Assembly: GCF_009914755.1 (NCBI RefSeq)
Contig: NC_060940.1
Reading direction: 5' to 3' (one strand)
DNA length: 64,000 nucleotides
Source: the human T2T-CHM13v2.0 reference genome, Homo sapiens
In this document: piece after piece, positions 12,906-25,854 of the stretch
Position numbering within the stretch: position 1 is the first letter of the stretch
How the letters are laid out: every line of letters begins with the position of its first letter
Made by a program: the position numbers and the translations under genes
Notes under the pieces: generated by a model
Databases searched by the model: none
Told to the model about the DNA's origin: nothing
The model's input: the letters and a program-made list of their open reading frames with translations, nothing else

Positions 12906-13099
12906 GCAATCCTATTTTTCGATTTATCTATATTGTCTCAAAGGATATTACCAAAATGTGATTATTGCTGGATGGTAAAATTTTTAAAAAATTTTATCCT
13001 GCGTTCACATGTTGGTAACCTGTATTTAATATTTTATGCAATAAGAATTTAAGTAAATATATTTCTCTTAGGAATTTAAAGTATATTTAAAATATTTTT

Positions 13100-13390
13100 G
13101 GGCCAGGTGCAGTGGCTCATGCCTATAATCCCAGCACTTTGGGAGGCCAAGGCTGGAATATCACTGGAAGCCAGGAACCAGCCTGGGCAACATAATGAGT
13201 CCCTCATCCCTACAAAAAATAAAAATAAACATTAGCTGAGCATAATGACATGTGCTTGTAGCCCCAGATACTTGGGAAGCTGAGGTGTGAGGACTGTTTG
13301 AGACCAGAAGTTTGACGCTGCAGTGAGCTATGAGCTATGATTGCACCACTGCACTCCAGCCTGGGTGACAAAGTGAGACCTTGTCTCACA
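13100..13390 (+). mobile_element. Alu (J-type)
   Basis: GGCCAGGTGCAGTGGCTCATGCC start, dimeric structure. Confidence 0.9.
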
Positions 13391-13517
13391 CACACAAAAT
13401 TTTTTTTAAGTCTTCATTTTTAAATGGCAAAAGCCAAAATAAAACTTGCAAAGTTAATATTTAAGCTGCGACATTAAACAAAAATTTCCTTAAATAAATT
13501 GTTCTATTTTATCCTAG

Positions 13518-13619
13518 ATTGTAGATGTAAATGGCAATGTTCTACCTCCTGGACAAGAAGGAGATATTGGCATTCAAGTTCTACCCAACCGACCATTTGG
13601 CCTTTTTACTCATTACGTA
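13518..13619 (+). CDS. ACSM3: ACSM3 coding exon
   Basis: CTAG acceptor, GTAAGT donor; IVDVNGNVLPPGQEGDIGIQVLPNRPFGLFTHYV. Confidence 0.96.
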
Positions 13620-13780
13620 GTAAGTGACTTACTAAATAATCTCATTTTCTATTTATTTCTCAAGTGCTTGGTAACAATCCCTGTTTGCCACAAAACATAC
13701 CTAGGATAGGTACTTGACCCTTTCTTGAGAGATTGGTTGTCCTGAATAGTAATCCAAAAGACAAGAAATTGAAGAAATAC

Positions 13781-13863
13781 CCAAATTCTTGCTGAAGAAA
13801 AGCATGCTGGTCCCCTGAGGCCAGATCACTGTTCCAGGTCCACGAAGGCAAGAGGAAGGGACC
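13781..13863 (-). CDS. ERI2: ERI2 alternative (short isoform) exon inside an ACSM3 intron
   Basis: CTCTTTCTAG acceptor, GTATTT donor; phase 0 matches exon 8; GPFLLPSWTWNSDLASGDQHAFLQQEFG. Confidence 0.75.
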
Positions 13864-14574
13864 CTAGAAAGAGGACAGCCTCTTAACATCCCCTGATCCT
13901 CTCAATTATCAAACAAAACCCACTCATTTTCCTGAAATCCAGTTAGTGCTCTTTCTTTTCGGGAAGAGTGAGAGGGACAGGGGATGCGGGGGTGGTGGGA
14001 TTAAGCAAATGTCTTTCACAAGAGGCTTTCTAAGCTCCTTACTGTTTACAACAATATTTTCATCTCTAATCACAGTATACAAATTAGAGCAAAGTCTCTA
14101 TCATATAATAAAAGATCCAGATGCTACTTGCCAGTGTATTTGATATAATGTAACAGTATCTTGTTTTTTCTTATGTCAGACTTGCAGAACCAATTCTATT
14201 ATTGTGTAAAACAAAACAAAGCACAAAAACAAAACAAACCTGTCTGCTCTTTATTAGGTGTCAGTGCTTTCTTTTGACTCTTGAGTATTTACTTCTCTCT
14301 TTTCCTACCAGCATTATCTATTAATCAATTAGCAAAAGACTTAATTTAGTTTACTCCTCTGAGCTACTGCAATATTTATTTTGTAATCTATCTAAGAAAA
14401 ATCTCAAGATGGAAACATGACTAATCTTTGTAACTGTAGTTTACCTTTCTTCTGTCGGGCTAGCTCCATGCTGGAATTTCATCTTTATTTTCACAATCTA
14501 TCTCTTCCTAACTCTAATGCTTCTCAAAGGAGCCAAACTTTTCTGCTTCCTTGAACATTTAAAAATCCAATTGA

Positions 14575-14917
<343 letters not shown>

Positions 14918-14932
14918 CTATTTGTTTTGCAG

Positions 14933-15060
14933 GATAATCCTTCAAAAACAGCTTCAACTCTACGAGGCAATTTCTATATCACTGGGGACAGAGGATATAT
15001 GGATAAAGATGGGTATTTCTGGTTTGTTGCAAGAGCAGATGATGTCATATTATCCTCTGG
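14933..15060 (+). CDS. ACSM3: ACSM3 coding exon (A7 TGD motif, A8 start)
   Basis: TGCAG acceptor, GTAACT donor; DNPSKTASTLRGNFYITGDRGYMDKDGYFWFVARADDVILSSG. Confidence 0.96.
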
Positions 15061-15166
15061 GTAACTTTCTTTTCCATATGTGCATATGTCTGTGTTAACT
15101 GATCATCAGTGTTCTAGAGTGAACCTGCCACTCACCTGTATGTATTCCTGCCATATGTGTTTCTAG

Positions 15167-15266
15167 CTATCGAATTGGACCATTTGAGGTAGAAAATGCC
15201 CTGAATGAACACCCTTCAGTTGCAGAGTCAGCTGTTGTCAGCAGCCCAGACCCCATCAGAGGAGAG
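15167..15266 (+). CDS. ACSM3: ACSM3 coding exon
   Basis: CTAG acceptor, GTAAAA donor; [33 protein letters not shown]. Confidence 0.96.
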
Positions 15267-16117
15267 GTAAAAGAACTGATTCATGTCAACTTTATAATTT
15301 GTTGGCAATTTAACACATACTTACAAACAGTAGCTCAGTGAAACAGAATTAACCAAATGATTCATTTACTAAATATGCAAGTCAGATAGAAATATGCTAG
15401 TCAGAAAGAACTGCTACAAAATAAGATTGAATTATGAGTTGCAGCTCTGATCCTAACAGACAAACAAAATAAGGCTGAAAATACGTACTAGAAAGAATTT
15501 GAATTCCTTCCGTGGTGGACTAGGGCAAAGATGGTGTGAATGCCAGTAACCCAGGCTCACGTCAGGATGGGGTGACAGAAGTCAGCTGGATGGGATCAAA
15601 TTGTTACCCAGAAGGTCTGGAAACCAACGAGGTCCCTGGTGTAGTGAAGGAGAATGGGCTGGCATCAGATGTCAGAAGTGGGAACCAGAGGCTGGAACTG
15701 AGGTAACCATAAGCAGTCTTGGTAGGTAAATAAGTAGAGATTTCAGGAAATAAACTCTGAATAACACAGGTGTCCTGAAAGCCCATTCCTATTGGGGCTG
15801 ACCACACAGTATTTTGGCTTAAAAGTACCATGCCAGGCAGCCTCCTGCGTTTTGCCTGTGTGTCTACAACATGCCCCTAGGGTTTCTCTAGCTGAGTTAC
15901 AAGTTCTCACAAGTATTTCTTCAAGCCATATCCCTTCTAACACTGAATCCAAGTTTTGAAGATGACACTGATGTCAATACAAATCCAGAACTTTCTGTAC
16001 CATGTATTCAAGCTCCTTATCTCAAATCCTAGGTATAGGGCTTCAAGCACAGGGCACAGGGCAGAGTTAGAAGGTATCCAATCTCAGGGGATGAAATAGG
16101 TCCTGAAGTTTAAGGCA

Positions 16118-16425
16118 GGCCAGGCACAGTGGCTCACACCTGTAATCCTAGCACTTTGGGAGGCTGAGGTGGGTGGATCACCTGAGGTCAGGAGTTTGAG
16201 ACAAGCCTGGTCAACATGGTGAAACCCTGTCTCCACTAAAAATACAAAAATTAGCCAGGCATGGTGGCACACGCCTGTAATCCCTGCTACTTGGGAATCT
16301 GAGGCAGAAGAATCACTTGGACCCGGGACGGGGAGGTTACAGTGAGCCAAGATCGTGCCACTGTGCTCCAGCCTGGCTAACAGAACAAGACTCCGCCTCA
16401 AAAAAATAAAAATAAAAATAAAAAA
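16118..16425 (+). mobile_element. Alu (S-type)
   Basis: Dimeric Alu, TSD AAGTTTAAGG. Confidence 0.95.
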
Positions 16426-18114
16426 GTTTAAGGTAAAAATAGGAGATGTGCATGTTACAGTGGAGGGTGGATCTCCCCCCAGGACTGATTCCCCTAACTG
16501 ATCTTTGATGCCAGAAGATACCCTGTTAAGTCCTCCTGGATGGCCCAAAGTTGTTCCAGATATAGCCCAGTGGCTGGGAATTGGTAGTTTGTCAAGTTGC
16601 TAGGATGACAATCGCTATTTACTGTGAAAGGGTATATTCCAGGCAGCTGAGGGCAGGGAAAACAGTCAGTGATTATTGGCTTGTCTCTTTGCTCTGAACA
16701 TCATCGGCAAGGTTTCACGAGTCTTAGCTCTTCCTGTACTTCTCCCCTACCATTAGTCATCATCAGTTTTACCCACCTAGACAGGTGCTTACTAGGGACA
16801 GGATGGTAGCTGAGCCTTTCGGAACAGGGTTAGCTTGGCAGCCACCTGATATCCTAGCGTACAATATAGGAAAGGTCTATAAGTGGGTTGTGGTCCCCTC
16901 ACAGCTCCGGGGGCTTGGCATAGGGCTTGGATTAGTCAGAGTGAGGGGGAAAGTGTGGCCAGTTTTCCAACAGTGGTAGGCTGCAGCATTTCCTAGTAGA
17001 AGATGTGAGTGGGTATCTCAAACGAGGTATCCATGAACAAAACGGCCATGTGCTCCATGCCTCCCTTTCTGCTGCCAGGCCTATTCTACCTGGGTTAGGT
17101 CCTTCTCTAGGCTGGGTCCTGCCAGGCAGGGTAATTGGGTAGCAAGTTCCAGAATTGATTAAAAAGAATATTTGGATTTGAAATACCATTTTAACATTGG
17201 AATGTGAAAGACTTGTGGAATATGTGTCTAGATCACTAGGTTCTTAAATTTTTGGGATCACATATCTCTTTGAGAATGTGAAGAAAACCATAGGCCACTG
17301 TTAAGACTTATGCAGTGATGGAAATGTTCTATATTTGCACCATCCAATGCGATAGCCATGCATGGCTATCAATCACTTGAAATGTGGCTAGTGTGACTGA
17401 GAGTATTTAATCTTATTTAATTTTAATTGATTTAAATTGAAATAGACACACGTGGCTAGCAGCTATCATATTGAATGGCACAGCCATAGACTTTTCTCAG
17501 AAAAATACAAGATTTTGCATAGAATTTCATAGAGATTTGAAGCCCACTTATGGATTCTGGGTTAAAAAATAAGACCCAAACTTCTTGTAATTCTAAGACT
17601 ACAACTAAGAGCTAATGTTTTTGATGACTTACTATGTGCCAGGCATTATACATCTATGCTAATTCATTTAATCATCATAATCTCTTTTACAGAGAAGGAA
17701 ACTGAGGCACAAAGAGATTACCTAACTTGTCCAACATTACACAACAAACTGTGACTTGAACCCAGCTGTTCTGACTTCAGAGTTCATACTCTTACCCATG
17801 TTAGGTTGTTCCTTGTTAATTTAACATTTTCTGCAGTAGTTTAAAAAGATAAAAGAGACTATCCAAGTTGTAGAAATCGTCAATATGTGAACCAGTATTG
17901 CAGTTTTTAAAATAATTTACCTTTGAATGACTCACTTACAACAAGCATAATTTTTTAATTTGTAAAAATGTTAATGCAGCAGAGCTAGCATAACTACAAA
18001 TGCATTTTATAAAATGTCAAAAAGTGAATGGAACAAAATTATATCCATAGACACACACACACACAAGGGTTCACAACTGCCGCATGGCACATGTAAATTA
18101 AAAATGTTCAAGTG

Positions 18115-18250
18115 TTGTTGTTGTTTTTTTTCTTAGAGACAAAGTCTCACTATGTTGCCCAGTCTGCTCTCGAACTCCTGGGCTCAAGCAATCCTCCCAC
18201 CTCGGCCTCCCAAATGTTGGCAGTACAGGCGTGACCCACTGTGCCTGGCC
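18115..18250 (-). mobile_element. Alu left monomer (FLAM-like)
   Basis: Single monomer ending GTGCCTGGCC. Confidence 0.85.
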
Positions 18251-19300
18251 ACAAGGGTTTTGGGTAAAGACAAAAATGGGTAATTGTTCATACAATGTAA
18301 AACTGCCCACTGGTGAACAGTTTTCAATATGTGAAAAAATTATAACTTCAAGTCTTTGTTTCTCACCAAATGGCTGTCCTGGTAATTTGTTGTTTCAAAT
18401 AATTCCTTTTCAATGAAATCTTTACTCCCAGATCAAAGTGGATAGGAAATGTTGCCAGCTTATCTTTAAGCTGGACAAACGAATCCTTGAATTTAATAAG
18501 ATTTCAGGCACCTAAGTGCAGGATACTTAATCATAAAAAAGCTTCAGGGGACTCTCCTGGAACTGTGCCTACAGGGAAGCATCATTCCATAGCCAGCTCC
18601 GGGCTGGTAATCTGGCGTTGGAGGTACATACTAGTTGATGCACCTAGACTCATGCCTCTAGGGAAGGCAGTAAATGGCAGTCCTGGTAGTGCCCTAGGAG
18701 AGAAAATGACAGGACTCCAAATTTACTTTTAAAGGGGGCTATGAGGGATGGCCTATCTTTCTGTCTTCTCCATTACAGGTCCAAAAACTAGGCAGAGTTT
18801 TCAAAAACATTTCTAGGAAGGATAAAATTTGGAGAAGAGGATTTGTAAGCATAAAGTAATAACATCTTTCTTGGCTTCTGCCAGTTAAAGGCCACCATGA
18901 TTTCCACTCTTGTTCCTCAGGGCCATGGAAATGGATCAGAGCAACAAAAAAATAGCTGCTGGAATCTTCACAGCCTTGTATAAAGACTGCATGTTCTCTG
19001 TGAACTGTTCCCTTCAACAAAGACATGGCAAACTCAGCGTGACTACTGTTTATAAGTAATCCCCCATGCTGAGGGCTAGGCTGGATGAGGCTGGGTTGTT
19101 ACAGGGGTCCCAGAAGCTCTCCTGTATTAGGTACAGACCAGGAAGTGGCTGGCTTAAGAGCACAGAGCTGGGATCAAACTTTATTAAAACACACTGGCCC
19201 ACCCCACCAGGCATGTAGATTCTCAGAGCAAGCAAACAAGACATACTAAAACATACAAATGCATAACTCATTTTCCTGGTGTTTCAAATATTTATTTTAG

Positions 19301-19420
19301 GTAGTAAAGGCTTTTGTCGTTCTAAATCCTGATTACAAGTCACATGATCAAGAACAACTAATAAAGGAGATTCAGGAGCATGTTAAAAAAACTACAGCAC
19401 CTTACAAATATCCCAGAAAG
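19301..19420 (+). CDS. ACSM3: ACSM3 coding exon
   Basis: TTTTAG acceptor, GTAGGC donor; [40 protein letters not shown]. Confidence 0.96.
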
Positions 19421-19816
19421 GTAGGCATCCTAATTATAACGAATATTTGCTCAGTGTTGTGGACAATTTCAAGTGTTTATTTTTACATTTTAATGAATAT
19501 TTTCTTCACACATGCTGCACCACATGTCCCAAACTGAACTGATGACATATGGGTAAGAATCAGAATCTTTGAGATTAAAATGAAACCCTGAACCTATTTT
19601 GTTTGGTCCTTTGGCTTACTGGACTCACAGTAAATACTTAATATCAAGACAACTTTCCTAACAATACCCTTTTCCCTATTTTGGCTGTTACCCAAAACCC
19701 ATTCCAAAGACTATTCTAATTCTTCCACCTAGAATTCATAATCAAACTGCTATATAATTGGCTTTATGTAAAGATAAAAATTTCCAGGCTAATTTTCTTC
19801 CCCTTGATGCCAACAG

Positions 19817-19903
19817 GTAGAATTTATTCAAGAGCTGCCAAAGACTATCAGTGGGAAGACAAAAAGAAATGAACTGAGGAAGAAAGAATGGAAGACAATT
19901 TAA
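19817..19903 (+). CDS. ACSM3: ACSM3 last coding exon (A10 catalytic Lys motif)
   Basis: CAACAG acceptor; VEFIQELPKTISGKTKRNELRKKEWKTI-TAA (stop 19901-19903). Confidence 0.96.
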   Translation, partial: VEFIQELPKTISGKTKRNELRKKEWKTI

Positions 19904-20062
19904 AGTTGTTTCATTAATTACCATATCTATAAAACAAACATAGTATCTGTCAATCTCTAGAAACCACAAGATGATGGAGAGGTCATAAAAACTGTGGTAG
20001 TATGCTTAGAAACTGTTGATTTAAAATATCTTGTGGTTATGATATCAGAGGCTAAATTTTGA

Positions 20063-20068
20063 AATAAA
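20063..20068 (+). terminator. ACSM3: Candidate ACSM3 polyadenylation signal (further AATAAA at 20275, 20491, 20569)
   Basis: First AATAAA downstream of the stop codon; which signal is used cannot be determined from sequence. Confidence 0.5.
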
Positions 20069-20654
20069 ATATTTGGCAAATTCCTCCACATTAGTGTCAA
20101 TGTTCCTATCATTTCTTAATATAAAAATAATACCATCAATTGCTGATTAATTTTTAAATGTATAGTATAGAAGCAGTTTCTGAACCAGATCTCTGCTACA
20201 TAGGTTTTCAAACTTTAGTTGACTAATTCTTCTGATATGTTGATATACAAATCAGAACCAATGTTCAAGCCTGAAATAAAACTAAAGAACTTATAAAAGT
20301 TTTTAGAAAAATATAAAATATCAGTTAGAAGATTATGATAATCTCAAAGTACAAGAATCTACCTGAAAATAGACTAGGGATTTTTATTAGTCACATTTTT
20401 TGCAAATAATTTAAAAATAGTTTAGACTTGTTTCAAGGTCTAACTATAAAAGAAGGATCATATACTATTGTTGCTTATTATATGTAATCTAATAAATACT
20501 GTTTACAAAAGATTACACTTGTGGTTCCTGAAGAAAGTATGGTAAATGCAGTAAACATTAATATATAAAATAAAAATAAAATAGTGTAAGATGTTATCAG
20601 AATACTCATGTTTGGAAATTCAAGGAACAATTAGGATTCATACATGAAAGGTTA

Positions 20655-21998
20655 TCAATTCCTCATTGAAGGCCTGAGTCTCAAAGAATTTTTGGTGGAA
20701 ATACTTAAATTTCTGTCACAAATATGGCTTGTTTCTGGAGAACTAAAAGTGAGTCCCCCTGTGGAATGAGATGGAACCATGCTGTTGGCTCTTTCCTTTT
20801 GAAGTGTTTGTTCCCATTTGAAATAACCACAACATTTTCTGTTTTCTTGGTATTTCCCGATAGGGCAACAATAGAAGACTTTTCCATGGTTCGGTCCATT
20901 ATTAGAAACAACAAGTCTCTTAGATCTCCGACCACACTTGCATAATGGAGGTGTCATTTTCCCACTCTTCCATGGCTCTTGTAGGTTAACTGTAGAAGTT
21001 AATATAGATGGGAGACGCCTCCAGGAAGAACTTCTTACTGGGGAGCAATCAGATGATGTAGGCTTTTCTTCATGAATAGTGAAGGGTTGTTTTTTTGCTG
21101 GTGGGAAAGCTTGGGGACTGCATGGATTCCTTTTGGTACCACCTGAAAGAAGAGGATGTTTCCCCAAAACTAAAGGATGAGACATATTGGCATTAACTCT
21201 GTTGAAGGTACTTGATTTGTGTTCAGGTAACTTAAAGGCAGAAATATCTGAACCTGGATCTTTGGCTTCTTTTACATTATAAATAGTAGTGTGAGGACTC
21301 TTGTACACAATAGACTTAGAAGTCTCAGATTTTTGAGGAGTTTCCTCTATGTCTCCAAAGTTTTCATGACTTGACATTTCCAATTCTTTCAAAACCATTA
21401 ATCTTTCTCCAGAATTAAATGAAATCTCTAAGTCTGAGTCACTAATGGGAACTGTACAGTCTACGTTTTCCTCAGGCTGAGATGCTGGCAGTAAAACCAC
21501 ATCCTCCCAATCAGCCAACACAGGTAAACAGTCCAGAGTAGAGCTCATTTCCAAATCAGAAACATGATGAACAGTTGGAACGGTGGTAGAAACAAGTACC
21601 AATTCTGAACCAACTGTTGAAGCCTTAGATTTGGTATTAAATGCAAGATGTTCATTTTTTCCTTGCTTTTGCATATAGATAGGTGAATTCAAGGTAGGAG
21701 ACTGCAACTGCCCCACAGAAGTAGAGGACTTAGTATTAAAAAGAGGTAAGGAACTTTTGACATTGTGAAGACTTGCTTTTATATTGTTTTTTACTTGTAA
21801 TTGATCCTGTTGTGCCTTTATAGGAGAATTTGCACAAATTGACTTCATTTGAACTTTTTCATGAGGATTTATTATATTTTTAGGCTCCTTATTATATATG
21901 CTGGGACCCTGGATGCTAATGTTACAGGCAGACATTTCTTCAACTTGAATTGTATTCAAATTTCTGGCCAGAATGCTGAAATTCTTCTTAGTGGGAAC
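20655..21998 (-). CDS. ERI2: ERI2 long terminal exon: Ser/Pro-rich linker plus GRF zinc finger
   Basis: ATAG acceptor at 21999-22002, in frame with the 434-aa ORF; CKCG...GPNHGKVFYCCP...CGYFKWE at 20811-20942; exons 1-9 total 2076 nt = 691 aa. Confidence 0.96.
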   Translation of the reverse strand, partial: VPTKKNFSILARNLNTIQVEEMSACNISIQGPSIYNKEPKNIINPHEKVQMKSICANSPIKAQQDQLQVKNNIKASLHNVKSSLPLFNTKSSTSVGQLQSPTLNSPIYMQKQGKNEHLAFNTKSKASTVGSELVLVSTTVPTVHHVSDLEMSSTLDCLPVLADWEDVVLLPASQPEENVDCTVPISDSDLEISFNSGERLMVLKELEMSSHENFGDIEETPQKSETSKSIVYKSPHTTIYNVKEAKDPGSDISAFKLPEHKSSTFNRVNANMSHPLVLGKHPLLSGGTKRNPCSPQAFPPAKKQPFTIHEEKPTSSDCSPVRSSSWRRLPSILTSTVNLQEPWKSGKMTPPLCKCGRRSKRLVVSNNGPNHGKVFYCCPIGKYQENRKCCGYFKWEQTLQKERANSMVPSHSTGGLTFSSPETSHICDRNLSISTKNSLRLRPSMRN

Positions 21999-22193
21999 CT
22001 ATGATTCCACAGACAAATGCAACAGCTTTAGAAACTGTGCATTCGTTAATTTCTTCAGTATACAGTTTTATGACAAAAAAGAGAAATGTCATTGATTTAT
22101 AAATGACTGCACACATTAAATCTACGTTTCAAAGAACGTATGACTGTTTATGAAGTTTGAGATGACAGAATAAAAAGGCAAGACACTACTAAC

Positions 22194-22282
22194 CTTGTTC
22201 AACGACCTTGTAATTTTCATTACACAACCATCTCTGATCATTTTCCAAGCAAGAAGGGCAGTATTCCGAGAATCGTCCAACC
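22194..22282 (-). CDS. ERI2: ERI2 exon 8, Exo III Asp
   Basis: CTCAG acceptor, GTTAGT donor; GLDDSRNTALLAWKMIRDGCVMKITRSLNK. Confidence 0.95.
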
Positions 22283-22685
22283 CTGAGGATACAGATATCA
22301 AACACTGAATTTAGTGGTACTAGTACTATTTCCTTAGTACTAAAGAAATAACTTAAAAAGAAAAACACCACTTGTGTAGAAATTGGAACACAGTTTTAGT
22401 TTTATGACCATCTACTAATTTTAATCATGATAAACTGGTCTTGGAAGTGGAAGGCTATGGCAGCATTACCAGTGAAAGACAAGCTCGTCCACATTTATAG
22501 AGGAGGATATGAAAATGTATTAGACAGTTCCCCAAAATGTGGCCAGCGTTCTGCAGGAACCAGGATTTGTGAATAATCTAATAGTCTTGTTCAGTTTTTT
22601 CACTAGTCCATTCTATTATTTGAGCACTTGTTTAATCTCCATTTGATTTGGCTCATTCTTTTCATTCTTCTTAGCAACTAGAAAG

Positions 22686-22699
22686 CCACTAGATGGCAG
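22686..22699 (+). promoter_or_regulatory. CTCF core motif in ERI2 intron 7
   Basis: CCACTAGATGGCAG fits CCASYAGRKGGCRS at every position. Confidence 0.7.
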
Positions 22700-22887
22700 T
22701 GTATCTTACAATAGTTTATGAAAGTGGTAATTTGAAAGTCTTAGAAACAATGTGAATTGTTTAGATTAGGAGTTTTTTTTTTTTAGGCTGAAGATATCCC
22801 TTACTAATGACATTACCAAAAAATGAAATTCATATGAAGTATTTTTTAAAAGTCAAATGGCTTACATAATTTTTAATGTATACTAAC

Positions 22888-22969
22888 CAGAATGTTCTCG
22901 TCCTGAGAATTCTATTCCTACTTCCTGCAAGGCACCACTTAGTCCTTTTGGTTTTCTCCTATAGAAAAG
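22888..22969 (-). CDS. ERI2: ERI2 exon 7
   Basis: TTAG acceptor, GTTAGT donor; LFYRRKPKGLSGALQEVGIEFSGREHS (catalytic His). Confidence 0.95.
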
Positions 22970-23232
22970 CTAACCAATAAAAAAAGATATATTTAAAAGA
23001 AGATTACTATTTTAAAGACTATGTATTAAACACTTTTCATAATTTTTAGTTCTATTAGATTTAGAATGTGCTTATTTTTTGTGTGTTGTTTTTAAATACT
23101 TTAAGAAATGCATTTATGTGACCAGTACAAAAGAAAGTATCTTCTTTGCAGAAACCCATGCCCATGTGTAGGATAAAAGTTAATCATTTTTCCATAGAAA
23201 AAAGTAAACATGCCCCCATTTTTTACCATTAC

Positions 23233-23333
23233 CTTGTAAGTTGCTCTGAGATCAATCCAAGAATTTAAAAACACAGGTTTTAACAGCTGCTTTCTTTTAC
23301 ACTCATACTCCAGGCAAACCCCCAAGTCCCAGT
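23233..23333 (-). CDS. ERI2: ERI2 exon 6, Exo II motif
   Basis: TGCAG acceptor, GTAATG donor; DWDLGVCLEYECKRKQLLKPVFLNSWIDLRATYK. Confidence 0.96.
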
Positions 23334-24133
23334 CTGCATTAGGTACATTAAAATAGAACAAAGTCAATGATGCCAGCATTTTTTACTTATGCTGCCACCA
23401 TTTACAAATAGAATGCTAGAAGATCATATAAAATAGAACAGTATGATTTCATTGCTCTGCTAATATCTAAAAATTATTCACTTTATATAACTTACTATTA
23501 ACAAGTTAGGTTGATGACTAAATTTCAAAATGATTTCTTAAACACCCAGTAAAACCTTATTTCAGAAAGAAGAGTAACATGTTAAATTACAAGGACTATA
23601 TTTTCTATATTCTAGGAAAATATTAATGTTATTGAGAAACCAAACATTTTATAGTAACTGGAAACCAAATATGACTATCAATGCTATCTTATCAATGACA
23701 CAGTATTGCTATTAATGACTATTAACAGCAATGCTCTAACACAGTCATACAAAAAACCTACTTTAAATGGCTCATTTTTTTTTTCTTTTAAGTGTCAAAG
23801 CATAAAAGCAAAGGATGTTGAGCTGATGAAGACTGTAGAAAATAGCATAAGAGTGTTCACTAAATCATCTTTGCTTAATTCTTAACAGTGGAACTCTAGA
23901 AACATTTTTTTAAGTTCAGGCTTAATATTTTAAGGTATCCCAAAAGGTTAATTTAAAAAATATGTATTAATTTACTTTTCTTGGCTAACATCTGCTAGGC
24001 ATTTAAATTTTTTTTCCTAGCCCAGAAGATTAACAAACATAATTCTAGGTTAGCAAGTATAAAACTAGAAATAAAGAATTACATAGTGGTAATGCTACCC
24101 ATCTGTGATTAATAGGTATAACTTATTCTTTAC

Positions 24134-24290
24134 CTGACCAAGTAACAAATGCACATAATTTTACTTCAGAAGCAGAAGGCTCTGAAATCCCAGTAGCAAA
24201 AATAATGTTCTTCTGTTGCTGAATCTTATGAATCCATTTACAGAACTGAGATAAGCAAATCTTCAGAGGGACTCCTTCATCAACTTGAGC
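24134..24290 (-). CDS. ERI2: ERI2 exon 5
   Basis: CTCAG acceptor, GTAAAG donor; AQVDEGVPLKICLSQFCKWIHK...LCAFVTWS. Confidence 0.95.
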
Positions 24291-24627
24291 CTGAGTAGAG
24301 AGTCACAAAAGCTGAATTCAACAATCAAATTCCATTATTATTTAGCATGTTTTATAACTGTGGAGAAAGATTAATGGTTTTAAAAGAATCAGAAATGCCA
24401 AGTCATGAAAACACAGTGTACTGTGGGAAGACATAACAAAGTGGTTCTAACTGGCAAAGAGTTTATTTAGTGGAAAGAGGTAAAAACACGTGGGAAAGAA
24501 AGAATATTTAGAACCCACCAAGGTAAGAAAGATTAGGTTGATAAAAACTAAAATCACACAGAAATATGATCATTAAGTCCAGACTGACATAAATCATAGA
24601 CAAATTTGAGTCACTTAATTTCCATAA

Positions 24628-25640
<1,013 letters not shown>

Positions 25641-25726
25641 CACTAAATAAATCTAATTTCAAATGGTATAATAACTTTTATTTTCTTTTTGAAACTGACT
25701 TCTGAATTTTAAGATTTGCATCATAC

Positions 25727-25854
25727 CTGCTTTATGCCTGTCAATTCCATGCAAAATTCTGAAAGAATTGGATGTTCCTGAGGTTGAACATAAGCCTGGA
25801 ACTCAGAGTCAATCTGTCCAGTTGATGTGTTCAGCAACACTGCTGGAAACTCAA
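25727..25854 (-). CDS. ERI2: ERI2 exon 4
   Basis: TTTAG acceptor, GTATGA donor; EFPAVLLNTSTGQIDSEFQAYVQPQEHPILSEFCMELTGIKQ (ERI1-family motif). Confidence 0.96.

Noticed and set aside
15500-17200. Moderately GC-rich intronic stretch as a processed pseudogene or ERV internal region
   Set aside because: No recognisable protein similarity, tail or TSD by eye; would need BLASTX/Dfam to decide
19295-19825. AG|GTAG exon starts as recursive splice sites
   Set aside because: Explained by Val codons at exon starts; poor donor consensus and short introns
20655-21959. 434-aa ORF as a standalone gene
   Set aside because: Begins at TTG, 39 nt inside an exon with an in-frame acceptor at 21999; it is the ERI2 terminal exon
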